A stretch of 64,000 nt of DNA. It comes from Clostridia bacterium. GTDB taxonomy: Bacteria; Bacillota; Clostridia; TANB77; CAG-508. Positions 56,458-64,000 of the stretch are shown one piece after another. Under the pieces are notes generated by a model. That model did no database searches and was not told the origin of the DNA. It was given only the letters and a program-made list of their open reading frames with translations. Numbering within the stretch: the first letter of the stretch is position 1; the number at the start of each line of letters is the position of its first letter. The DNA lies in contig CAAGKK010000041.1 of assembly GCA_900770385.1 (NCBI GenBank), positions 67,557 through 131,556 on the forward strand. The letters are read 5' to 3'. Made by a program: the position numbers and the translations under genes.

Positions 56458-57372
56458 TCAATTTAAAATTTTTCCTATTATTTCAACTTTATCATTATCT
56501 ATTTTAATATCAGCACCAATAGGAATAACACTATTTACTATCTTATGTCCAAAATCATTACATTTTATTATTGGAAAATTATATTCTTTAGTATATTCAA
56601 GTATTATATCTTCCATTTGAGGATATTTACTTTCATCTTTCTGTAAATCATAATTATAACCAATCACTACTCCTTTTATTTTATCAAATATACCATATTG
56701 TTTTAAATGGGCAAATCTTCTTTGGCATTCATTTATAGATGTTCTATAACTTTCTATAAATAATATATTACTTTCCATATTTGGTAAAAATTCTGTGCCA
56801 AGCAAATACATCATACAAGCCAAATTTGTACCAATTATTTTACCTTCAACAGTACCATTTTTAATTAATTGTTTTATACCATTATTAAACCTATCTAATT
56901 TTTGGTTAATAAAAGCATCTATAAATACTTTATATTGTTCTTCTGCATAGTCTAAACCAAATGAAAGAAAATCCGGCCCACTAAAAGTTATTAATCCTGT
57001 CTTTTTATAAATAGCTTGAAGTAATACTGTTATATCACTATAACCTATCAGTATCTTAGGATGCTTTTTTATTTCTTCATAATCTAATAAATCAATAAAT
57101 GTATTGCAAGTTTCACCACCTTCTAAACATATTATTGCTTTAACATCATCATCTTTAAACATATTCATAAAATCTTCTGCTTTTTGTTCTCTTGTACCAC
57201 ATGAGCCATAATAATCTTCTTTTATATATTTTCCAAATTTTATCTTAAAACCTTTAGTAATTAAAAATTTTTCTGCTTTTTTAAAATCATCAAATCTATT
57301 ATTTAATGCTAAGCTATTAGATACCCCTACAACACCGATTGTATCTCCGTAATTTAATCTATTTGCTAACAT
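56458..57372 (-). CDS. S66 peptidase (LD-carboxypeptidase / MccF-like)
   Basis: GDTIGVV..S, ILIGYSDITVLL nucleophile-Ser motif, 304 aa. Confidence 0.82.
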   Translation of the reverse strand: MLANRLNYGDTIGVVGVSNSLALNNRFDDFKKAEKFLITKGFKIKFGKYIKEDYYGSCGTREQKAEDFMNMFKDDDVKAIICLEGGETCNTFIDLLDYEEIKKHPKILIGYSDITVLLQAIYKKTGLITFSGPDFLSFGLDYAEEQYKVFIDAFINQKLDRFNNGIKQLIKNGTVEGKIIGTNLACMMYLLGTEFLPNMESNILFIESYRTSINECQRRFAHLKQYGIFDKIKGVVIGYNYDLQKDESKYPQMEDIILEYTKEYNFPIIKCNDFGHKIVNSVIPIGADIKIDNDKVEIIGKILN

Positions 57373-57558
57373 AATTCATATCCTTTCTTTTTCAATTATA
57401 CAATCCATACCACCTAATATGGTATGAGGAAACATATTCTCCTCAAACAACCTTCTTAAATTTTTTCTGTTTTTTTGATGAAAATTAGTGATTTTTTATC
57501 AAAAATATGCTTTTTTTAATAGGCACTGAACAGTTAATTTCCGTCTTAATATAAGGCT

Positions 57559-58914
57559 TTATTTAAGTTTAAGCACCGCTACACATTCAACATGGCTTGT
57601 AAATGGAAACATGTCCACTGGTTGAATTTCTTTTATTTTATATTTACTTTCTAGTTTTGATAAATCTCTCATTAATGTTGCTGGATTACAACTTACATAA
57701 ACTACTCTGTTTGGTTTAATTTTTAGTATGTTTTCTACTGTTTTATTATCTAATCCTTTTCTTGGTGGATCAACTACTATTACATCTGGTTTTATTTTTC
57801 TATTTTCTATTAAGTCTGTAAGCAATTTTTCTGTATCACCTGCTAAATATTCTGCATTTGTTATGTTATTTATTTTGCAGTTTTCTATAGCATCTTTTAT
57901 TGCTTCTTCTACTATTTCTATTCCATATATTTTTTTAGCTTTATTAGCCATAAAAATTCCAATTGTACCAATTCCACAGTATAAATCAAATACTATTTCT
58001 TTTCCTGTTAAATTTGCTCCTTGTAGTGCTATATTATATAATTTTTCTGTCTGTATTGGGTTTATTTGATAAAATGATAATGGTGATATTTTAAATGTAT
58101 AATTTTCTAATTTATCAAATATATATCCATTACCATATAAGTTAATATTTGTATTTCCTAGTATTACATTTGTATTTTTATTATTTATATTTTTTACTAT
58201 AGTTTTTATATTGCTAAATTTGCTTGTTAAGTATTGTACTAACTCATCTTCCTTTGGAATGTCAGGATTATTAACCACTAATATACACATAATCTCATTT
58301 GTTTTTAACCCTGTTTTTACAATTATATGTCTTAATGTTCCTTTTTGTTTTTTCTCATTATAAATACTAATATTATTATTTTTTACAAATTCACATATAG
58401 CTTTTGCAATTTCTTGAGCTTCTTTTGTTTGTATTTGGCACTCATTTATTGGTATAATTTCATGTGTTCTGTTAGCAAACACACCAATTATAGGATCCCC
58501 TTTTTTATCTACGCCCACTGGAAATTGAGCTTTATTTCTATAATAAAATGGTAATTCCATTCCAATTGTTTCTTTTACAGTAATTTTATCTTTTAAGCTT
58601 TTATTTACTAAATTCTGTACAATATTTCTTTTTATTTCTAATGTTTTGGTATATTTAACATGTCTTAAATTGCAACCTCCACATCTTTTATATGTACTAC
58701 AATCAACTTCACTATTTCTATCTAAAGATGGACTTATTATTTCCAATATTTTACCAAAGGCATGTGATTTTAATACTTTTACTATTAATATTTTAATTTT
58801 TTCACCTTTGATTGCTCCAGGAATAAATACTGTAAAATTATTAATTTTAGCTATTCCTTCTCCTTCAAATCCATTATCAATTATATCTACTATATATTCT
58901 TCGTTTTTTTGCAT
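57559..58914 (-). CDS. rlmCD: 23S rRNA (uracil-C5)-methyltransferase (RlmCD/RumA family)
   Basis: N-terminal TRAM, Fe-S Cys cluster CSTYKRCGGCNLRH, DLYCGIGTIG, VDPPRKG, YVSCNPAT. Confidence 0.9.
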   Translation of the reverse strand: MQKNEEYIVDIIDNGFEGEGIAKINNFTVFIPGAIKGEKIKILIVKVLKSHAFGKILEIISPSLDRNSEVDCSTYKRCGGCNLRHVKYTKTLEIKRNIVQNLVNKSLKDKITVKETIGMELPFYYRNKAQFPVGVDKKGDPIIGVFANRTHEIIPINECQIQTKEAQEIAKAICEFVKNNNISIYNEKKQKGTLRHIIVKTGLKTNEIMCILVVNNPDIPKEDELVQYLTSKFSNIKTIVKNINNKNTNVILGNTNINLYGNGYIFDKLENYTFKISPLSFYQINPIQTEKLYNIALQGANLTGKEIVFDLYCGIGTIGIFMANKAKKIYGIEIVEEAIKDAIENCKINNITNAEYLAGDTEKLLTDLIENRKIKPDVIVVDPPRKGLDNKTVENILKIKPNRVVYVSCNPATLMRDLSKLESKYKIKEIQPVDMFPFTSHVECVAVLKLK

Positions 58915-58923
58915 AATTACTCC

Positions 58924-59520
58924 TTAGATTTTATTATTTCTTTCTTTTGTCATATTGAAAATATATTTATATATTTCTCCCCAATTGTGTACTTCTGTTA
59001 TATTTGAATTATCTTTTATTTCTTTAATTCCTGCATCTCTAAAATATAATGTTTTTATATTTTTATTAGCAATCTTTATACAATTTGTATAATAATCTTC
59101 TATCATAACATCTATATTTTCATTTACACATATATCCGCTTTTTCTTCTTGTGCCCAATAATACTTATCAAATTTTAAACCTTCTTTTTCGAATTTTTCT
59201 TCCACTATTGTTCTCATTTCTTTAAGATATTTACCTCTTGCTGTTATAATTATTAATTTATGACCCTCTTTTCTAAGTAAATCTGTTACCTCTTTCACAT
59301 ATGGCATAAAATTTGAATTTTCAGAACACTCCAAAAAATATTTATGTACAAATTCAGTAAATTCATTGTGAGTCCAGTTATATTTCTCTTGAATTCTTAG
59401 CTCATTAGCATCTTTAATAGGTCTATTATTTAAGTTTATGGTATTATATAGTTCAGCCTTTGTTCTAATTGTTTTTTCACTATCTAGTATTACACCATCA
59501 ATATCTATTCCAATATTCAT
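58924..59520 (-). CDS. HAD-superfamily phosphatase, 5'(3')-deoxyribonucleotidase-like (paralog)
   Basis: IGIDIDGVILD motif I, IITARG, MIEDY; start at the ATG preceded by GGAGG. Confidence 0.6.
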   Translation of the reverse strand: MNIGIDIDGVILDSEKTIRTKAELYNTINLNNRPIKDANELRIQEKYNWTHNEFTEFVHKYFLECSENSNFMPYVKEVTDLLRKEGHKLIIITARGKYLKEMRTIVEEKFEKEGLKFDKYYWAQEEKADICVNENIDVMIEDYYTNCIKIANKNIKTLYFRDAGIKEIKDNSNITEVHNWGEIYKYIFNMTKERNNKI

Positions 59521-59661
59521 ATTTTCCTCCAAAATAAAATTATAAACTAATTATATCATATGGATACTATATAGTCTATTATCTTTTATTTAAAATGTAT
59601 TAAAAAGTATTGACAAAGCATAATATTTTGTGCTAATATTTAATATGTCTTAAAGATAAAT

Positions 59662-59745
59662 GCGGATGTGGCGGAACTGGCAGACGCGCTGGTCTTAGGA
59701 ACCAGTGCCAACGGCGTGGAGGTTCGAGTCCTCTCATCCGCACCA
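59662..59745 (+). tRNA. tRNA-Leu (anticodon UAG), CCA encoded
   Basis: cloverleaf by eye: acceptor GCGGATG/CATCCGC, anticodon stem CTGGT/ACCAG with loop CTTAGGA (TAG at 59696-59698), long variable arm, T-arm GGAGG-TTCGAGT-CCTCT; TTGACA promoter at about 59611. Confidence 0.92.
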
Positions 59746-59746
59746 G

Positions 59747-59776
59747 AAAAAGATTAGCATAGCTAATCTTTTTTTG
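59747..59776 (+). terminator. intrinsic terminator after tRNA-Leu
   Basis: agattagc-ata-gctaatct stem extended by A/T pairs, then T7. Confidence 0.75.
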
Positions 59777-59843
59777 TATCTATTTTATATACACTTTTTC
59801 ATTAATATAACTTCCTACACATATAATTTATATAGGTGATTAA

Positions 59844-60629
59844 ATGAACTTAATTATTATTCCAAGAAAAATATTGTTCTTATTTATAGCAATAATTCTT
59901 ATTACTACTATAGGCCTTTTCTCTTTTACTAATACAACTTGCATTGCTGTTGAACTAAGTAGAAATTCTTTAATGTCAAATGAATTAAAAAACAAAATAA
60001 GCAATATTACAAAAAATAAAGAAAAAGTGGCTTATTTAACCTTCGACGATGGACCTGATCCCAAAATTACTCCCAAGATTCTTAATATTTTAAAAGACGA
60101 AAATATAAAAGCAACCTTTTTCGTAGTAGGAAAGAATGTTGATACATACCCTGAAATTGTAAAAAGAGCATTTGAAGATGGACATTTTATAGCTAATCAT
60201 GGTTATAGTCATAATAATAAAAATTTATATAAGAATGCTACAACATTTAAAAATGAAGTAAAAAAAACTGATGAAGCAATTGGAAATGCAATAGGTGTAA
60301 AAGACTATTGCTCGCATATATTTAGATTTCCTAATGGTTTTATGTCTCCTTCAAATAAGTATCATAAGAAAAAAGCCTTAGAATTATTAAATGATATGAA
60401 TTATACATATGTAGATTGGAACTGTTTAAATAATGATTCTTTAAAAAAATATAGTCAGAAACAATTACTTAATAATTTAATAAAAACTTCAAAAAATAAA
60501 GACTCTCTGATTATTCTTATGCATGACACAGATTATGTAAGTAATTCTTCAACAGTACTAAAAGAATCTATAAACTACCTAAAATCAAATGGATATATTT
60601 TTAAAAATTTTTATGATATCCTTGAATGA
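59844..60629 (+). CDS. polysaccharide deacetylase (NodB homology domain)
   Basis: N-terminal TM; YLTFDDGP and HGYSH motifs. Confidence 0.85.
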   Translation: MNLIIIPRKILFLFIAIILITTIGLFSFTNTTCIAVELSRNSLMSNELKNKISNITKNKEKVAYLTFDDGPDPKITPKILNILKDENIKATFFVVGKNVDTYPEIVKRAFEDGHFIANHGYSHNNKNLYKNATTFKNEVKKTDEAIGNAIGVKDYCSHIFRFPNGFMSPSNKYHKKKALELLNDMNYTYVDWNCLNNDSLKKYSQKQLLNNLIKTSKNKDSLIILMHDTDYVSNSSTVLKESINYLKSNGYIFKNFYDILE

Positions 60630-60671
60630 AATTAAAATACTAGAAAACTAAGAATTTTATATTATAGGAAC

Positions 60672-60693
60672 AAAGCGGAATAAATTCCGCTTT
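60672..60693. terminator. bidirectional terminator hairpin
   Basis: aaagcggaa-taaa-ttccgcttt between convergent genes. Confidence 0.7.
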
Positions 60694-60694
60694 A

Positions 60695-60862
60695 CTATTT
60701 ATTATTATATTCATAGCTAGAACACATTGATTCATCACATTGTTTTGTATCACAATCTGGAATTGGTGAAACTACAATTTGTTTTAACTCACATAATTGC
60801 TTGTTACAATTATTATATTTACAACTTTCAACTGTACAATTTATTTTTTGTTTTTCGTCCAT
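60695..60862 (-). CDS. Cys-rich small protein (DUF1540-like), not in the supplied ORF track
   Basis: 55 codons: MDEKQKINCTVESCKYNNCNKQLCELKQIVVSPIPDCDTKQCDESMCSSYEYNNK; AGGAGG RBS 8 nt upstream; terminator downstream. Confidence 0.65.
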   Translation of the reverse strand: MDEKQKINCTVESCKYNNCNKQLCELKQIVVSPIPDCDTKQCDESMCSSYEYNNK

Positions 60863-60916
60863 AATAAAAATACCTCCTAATTTTTTATATTTTTATTATG
60901 TGCATTTTTATATCAA

Positions 60917-61507
60917 TTATTCTTCTCTTTTATTTTCTATTTCTTTTACTTTTGAATTATCTATTTTATTGCAATTACATTCATCCGGATTTTTAAAATT
61001 TAAATACCAACTTATACCATTTTTGGATTTTTTTACATTTTGAACTCTTTCTTCTAATCCACAAAATGTATTTGGTATAGGATTTATAACAGGTCCTCCC
61101 ATCGTCCAGTTTGCTGGTGTAGCACCTTTGCATTCTTTAGCCACTTGTAATGCTTCTAATGCTCTTAAGATTTCTGGTATGCATCTTCCAACATTCATTG
61201 GATATACCAATATTAATCTTATTATTCCATCAGGATCTATTATATATACATTTCTAACCGTTTCTGTATTACTGATATCACTTGAAATCATACCATATTT
61301 TCTAGCAATCTCACCACTTCTATCTGCAATTATTGGAAAAGGAATTTTAATTCCTGTTTTTAAATAAATATCATACATCCAAGCCAAATGTGATGGATTA
61401 GAATCTATACTTAACCCCAGTAAACATGCGTTTCTTTCTATAAAATACTGATTTGCTCTAGAAAAAGCAATCATTTCTGTTGTACATACTGGGGTAAAAG
61501 CCTTCAA
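60917..61507 (-). pseudogene. peroxiredoxin (Prx6/1-Cys-like), 5'-truncated
   Basis: starts at ..KAFTPVCTTE (peroxidatic Cys motif normally about 40-45 residues from the N-terminus); an in-frame stop and another gene's 3' end lie immediately upstream. Confidence 0.7.
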
Positions 61508-61518
61508 TTTGGGGATAA

Positions 61519-62823
61519 TTATTTAATTATTTCTTCTATATTTCCTATACTATATAATGGTATATTAGTTAGCCATTCTTCTACTCTAAAATTAGCCATT
61601 GAGGTTCTAACATTAATTTTTGTATTATATTTTTCTACAAATGATTTTAAGCTTTTGGCTTGTAAATTTTCATTTGATTTTACTTCTATTGGTACATTGT
61701 TTTTACCAATTTGTACTATAAAATCAATTTCTGCAATTCCTTTTTCTGATGACCAATAAAACACATTTAATTCTGTACATTCTTTTAATTGGCATAAAAC
61801 ATATTGCTCTGTTAAACTTCCTTTAAATTCTTCAAAAATATCATTGCCTTCTAAAATTGTTTTAGAATCTAAATCTGCCATTGCTCCTAATAATCCCACA
61901 TCCAATAAATATAACTTAAATGCATTGAAATCTTGATATGCAGATAATGGAACTTTGCAGTTATTTACCCTGTTAACTTGATAAACAAGTCCACAATCTA
62001 TAAGCCATGATAATGCAATTTCATATTCTCTTGCTCTAGCACCTTCTTTTACTAAACCATATATGAATTTTTTATTTTCTTTTGCAAGTTGTGTAGGAAT
62101 ATTATTCCATAGTTGCCTAATTCTTGGAACAACATTGTTTGGTGCATGTTTAGAAAAATCTTGTTCATAATCTTTTAATAGTGTTTTTTGTATGTTACGA
62201 ACTTCTGCTAAATTTTTTTCTTCTATATACGAATTAACCACTTCTGGCATTCCACCAATATAATAATAAAGTTTTAAATAATCTTTATATTTATTATTAA
62301 ATACACTAATCATATCAAATTCATTGTTTTTTAATAAATTTAATAAATGTTCTTGCCCCAATGCATCTAAAAACTCAAAAAAGCTTAAAGGCATTAGGTC
62401 CATAAAATTTACTTTACCAACTGGGAATGAAGTTCCTTGATGCATAGCCACTCCCAAAAGAGAACCAGCTGCGACAATATGGTATTCATTTGCATTTTCA
62501 TAAAAATATTTTAGTGCTTTTAATGCATTTGGAGTTTCTTGAATTTCATCAAAAATTATTAAAGTATTTTCAGGCTCAATATTTATTCCTGATTCAATCT
62601 TTAATCCTTGTATTATTCTATCTAAATCAAACTCTTCATTAAATAATATATCCATTCTTGAATTATTATCAAAATTTATGTAAGCAAATTTTTCATAATA
62701 TAATTTTCCAAATTCTTTCATGAGCCAAGTTTTTCCAACTTGTCTTGCGCCTCTAATTATTAAAGGTTTTCGATTTTTAGATACCTTCCATTCTTTTAAC
62801 TTTTCCATTCTTTCTCTATACAT
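61519..62823 (-). CDS. AAA-type ATPase with DUF4143-like C-terminal domain
   Basis: Walker A GARQVGKTW, Walker B LIIFDEIQ; 434 aa. Confidence 0.75.
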   Translation of the reverse strand: MYRERMEKLKEWKVSKNRKPLIIRGARQVGKTWLMKEFGKLYYEKFAYINFDNNSRMDILFNEEFDLDRIIQGLKIESGINIEPENTLIIFDEIQETPNALKALKYFYENANEYHIVAAGSLLGVAMHQGTSFPVGKVNFMDLMPLSFFEFLDALGQEHLLNLLKNNEFDMISVFNNKYKDYLKLYYYIGGMPEVVNSYIEEKNLAEVRNIQKTLLKDYEQDFSKHAPNNVVPRIRQLWNNIPTQLAKENKKFIYGLVKEGARAREYEIALSWLIDCGLVYQVNRVNNCKVPLSAYQDFNAFKLYLLDVGLLGAMADLDSKTILEGNDIFEEFKGSLTEQYVLCQLKECTELNVFYWSSEKGIAEIDFIVQIGKNNVPIEVKSNENLQAKSLKSFVEKYNTKINVRTSMANFRVEEWLTNIPLYSIGNIEEIIK

Positions 62824-62995
62824 ATACTCACTCTCCTAATGTATAATCTAATTATATTATAACACTATATTTCACAAAAATCAAATGACTTTTATAGAAA
62901 ACGTGCACATTTTTCAAATGACTTTTTATATACTTAGTCACTTTTTATAAACGACTTTTAGATATTATATTACACATTCTTTTGAAAAATTCTAT

Positions 62996-64000
62996 TTATA
63001 TTAACTTTTTAATGTATGGTTTTAGCTCAAATTTCACACTTTTATCGTGATAAATCCATATTTTATCAATTAAACACTCTAAAATATATCTATTGGGTTC
63101 ATTAGATTTTATAATATCATCAAAATATTCTATTGCCGTTTTTAATTTTTTTATTTTTTCTGTGTCTAAATCTTCTTGCTGTTGCTCTAATAATTTTTGT
63201 AATTGTTCTATACGATTAGTTTTGTCTTTTTCCAATTTTTTATATGTATTTTCAATAATTTCTCGTTGATACTCATTTGTAGTGTTAGTTAAATCTTTAA
63301 TTTTTTGACTAATCAAAACTTTGTATTCAGCATTTAAGTTTTCAATTTCAAATTTTATTTTTTCTTTATTATTTGTTTTAGCATTAGTTTTTGTTTGAAG
63401 CTGTATTTTATTTATTTCATCTATGTATTTATTTTTGGTGAATTTTAAAAATTCTTTGAAATGTATAATTATATCTGATTCTTTAATTTCATGGCATTTA
63501 CATCTAGCTTTACCATAAGTTCTATATTGTGAACATTCATAACCTTTCTGAGATTGTTTTCTAGTTATAGTTATGCCACTTACTCCAAAACCACAATCAC
63601 CACACCTGCAAAATCCTGAAAAGTAATAATTTCTTTTTCTCGTACTCGATGTGCTTTTTGTATTTACCTTTCTTTTTCTTATTTCTTGAGCTAAATTAAA
63701 TGTTTCTTTAGATATAATTGCTTCATGATGATTTTCAAATACAAAATGTTCTTCCTCTGGAAGTTTTATTGCTTTGCCTCTTATGGATACAGTCTTTTTC
63801 TTATGAGTTCTAAGTGTGCCACAATATATATCATTCTCTAAAATATTTCTTATCATATATGTGGACCATAATTTTTGAACAGGATGTTTATATATTCTGC
63901 CTCTTTCTAAATGTTTCATTTGATAGTAAGCCGATGGAGTTAGATAATTATATTTACTATTTAAAATATCGCAAATTTTCTTTCTTCCAATTCCTTCTTC
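62996..64000 (-). CDS. large serine recombinase (C-terminal part; N-terminus lies beyond the window)
   Basis: the reading frame stays open to position 64000 (..EEGIGRKKICDILNSKYNYLTPSAYYQMKH..); recombinase domain, Zn-ribbon CRCGDCGF...CSQYRTYGKARCKCH, C-terminal coiled coil. Confidence 0.82.
   Translation of the reverse strand, partial: EEGIGRKKICDILNSKYNYLTPSAYYQMKHLERGRIYKHPVQKLWSTYMIRNILENDIYCGTLRTHKKKTVSIRGKAIKLPEEEHFVFENHHEAIISKETFNLAQEIRKRKVNTKSTSSTRKRNYYFSGFCRCGDCGFGVSGITITRKQSQKGYECSQYRTYGKARCKCHEIKESDIIIHFKEFLKFTKNKYIDEINKIQLQTKTNAKTNNKEKIKFEIENLNAEYKVLISQKIKDLTNTTNEYQREIIENTYKKLEKDKTNRIEQLQKLLEQQQEDLDTEKIKKLKTAIEYFDDIIKSNEPNRYILECLIDKIWIYHDKSVKFELKPYIKKLI

Larger units (their letters stand above)
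61508..64000. mobile_element. putative edge of an integrated element (ATPase plus large serine recombinase) inserted in the peroxiredoxin gene
   Basis: the abrupt end of prx homology at about 61508 is followed by non-core genes, including a serine recombinase that runs off the window. Confidence 0.4.

Noticed and set aside
60801-61043. 80-aa plus-strand ORF
   Set aside because: It is partly antisense to the peroxiredoxin remnant, runs through the DUF1540 gene upstream region, and has a hydrophobic low-complexity translation.

Overview
Very AT-rich chromosomal segment, apparently from a low-GC Firmicute of the Clostridia-like endospore-forming lineage (sigK, dpaB and yabP-yabQ-divIC are present). 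No rRNA genes or CRISPR arrays are visible, and there is one tRNA (tRNA-Leu, anticodon UAG). Most of the window is housekeeping backbone: pta-ackA, rho, prfB, nrdD-nrdG, typA, an S1-domain gene, plsC, cmk, pnp, rpsO and rlmCD. Accessory or unusual patches interrupt it:
- Two tandem pairs of a small protein plus a zeta-toxin-family kinase are appended directly to ackA.
- A two-promoter SOS signature: LexA-type boxes sit inside consensus promoters of a yneA-like gene and of dinB.
- A 1-kb ORF-free, repeat-bearing spacer lies next to an ECF-sigma/ABC module.
- A second NrdD copy keeps the ATP-cone but lacks the radical cysteine and the whole glycyl-radical/Zn-ribbon tail.
- A 14-bp CRP/FNR-type palindrome occurs upstream of both nrdD and an adjacent Crp/Fnr regulator gene.
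- A divergent RelA/SpoT-like gene is embedded in a trmR/U32-peptidase (tRNA ho5U/mo5U-type) operon.
- A GC-rich palindromic repeat family is scattered through intergenic regions.
- A resistance-like gene string (aminoglycoside-type phosphotransferase, GNAT, Sel1, mini-ORF leader, MFS, S66 peptidase) lies on the minus strand.
- A 5'-truncated peroxiredoxin abuts a block that ends in a large serine recombinase, which looks like the edge of an integrated element.

At least five genes (dpaB, sigK, a DUF368 gene, a PHP phosphatase and a small ORF) are split by single-base frameshifts. This is either real gene decay, notably of sporulation genes, or assembly indel error. Raw reads are needed to decide. 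All functional calls rest on motif recognition by eye, and no database search was run.
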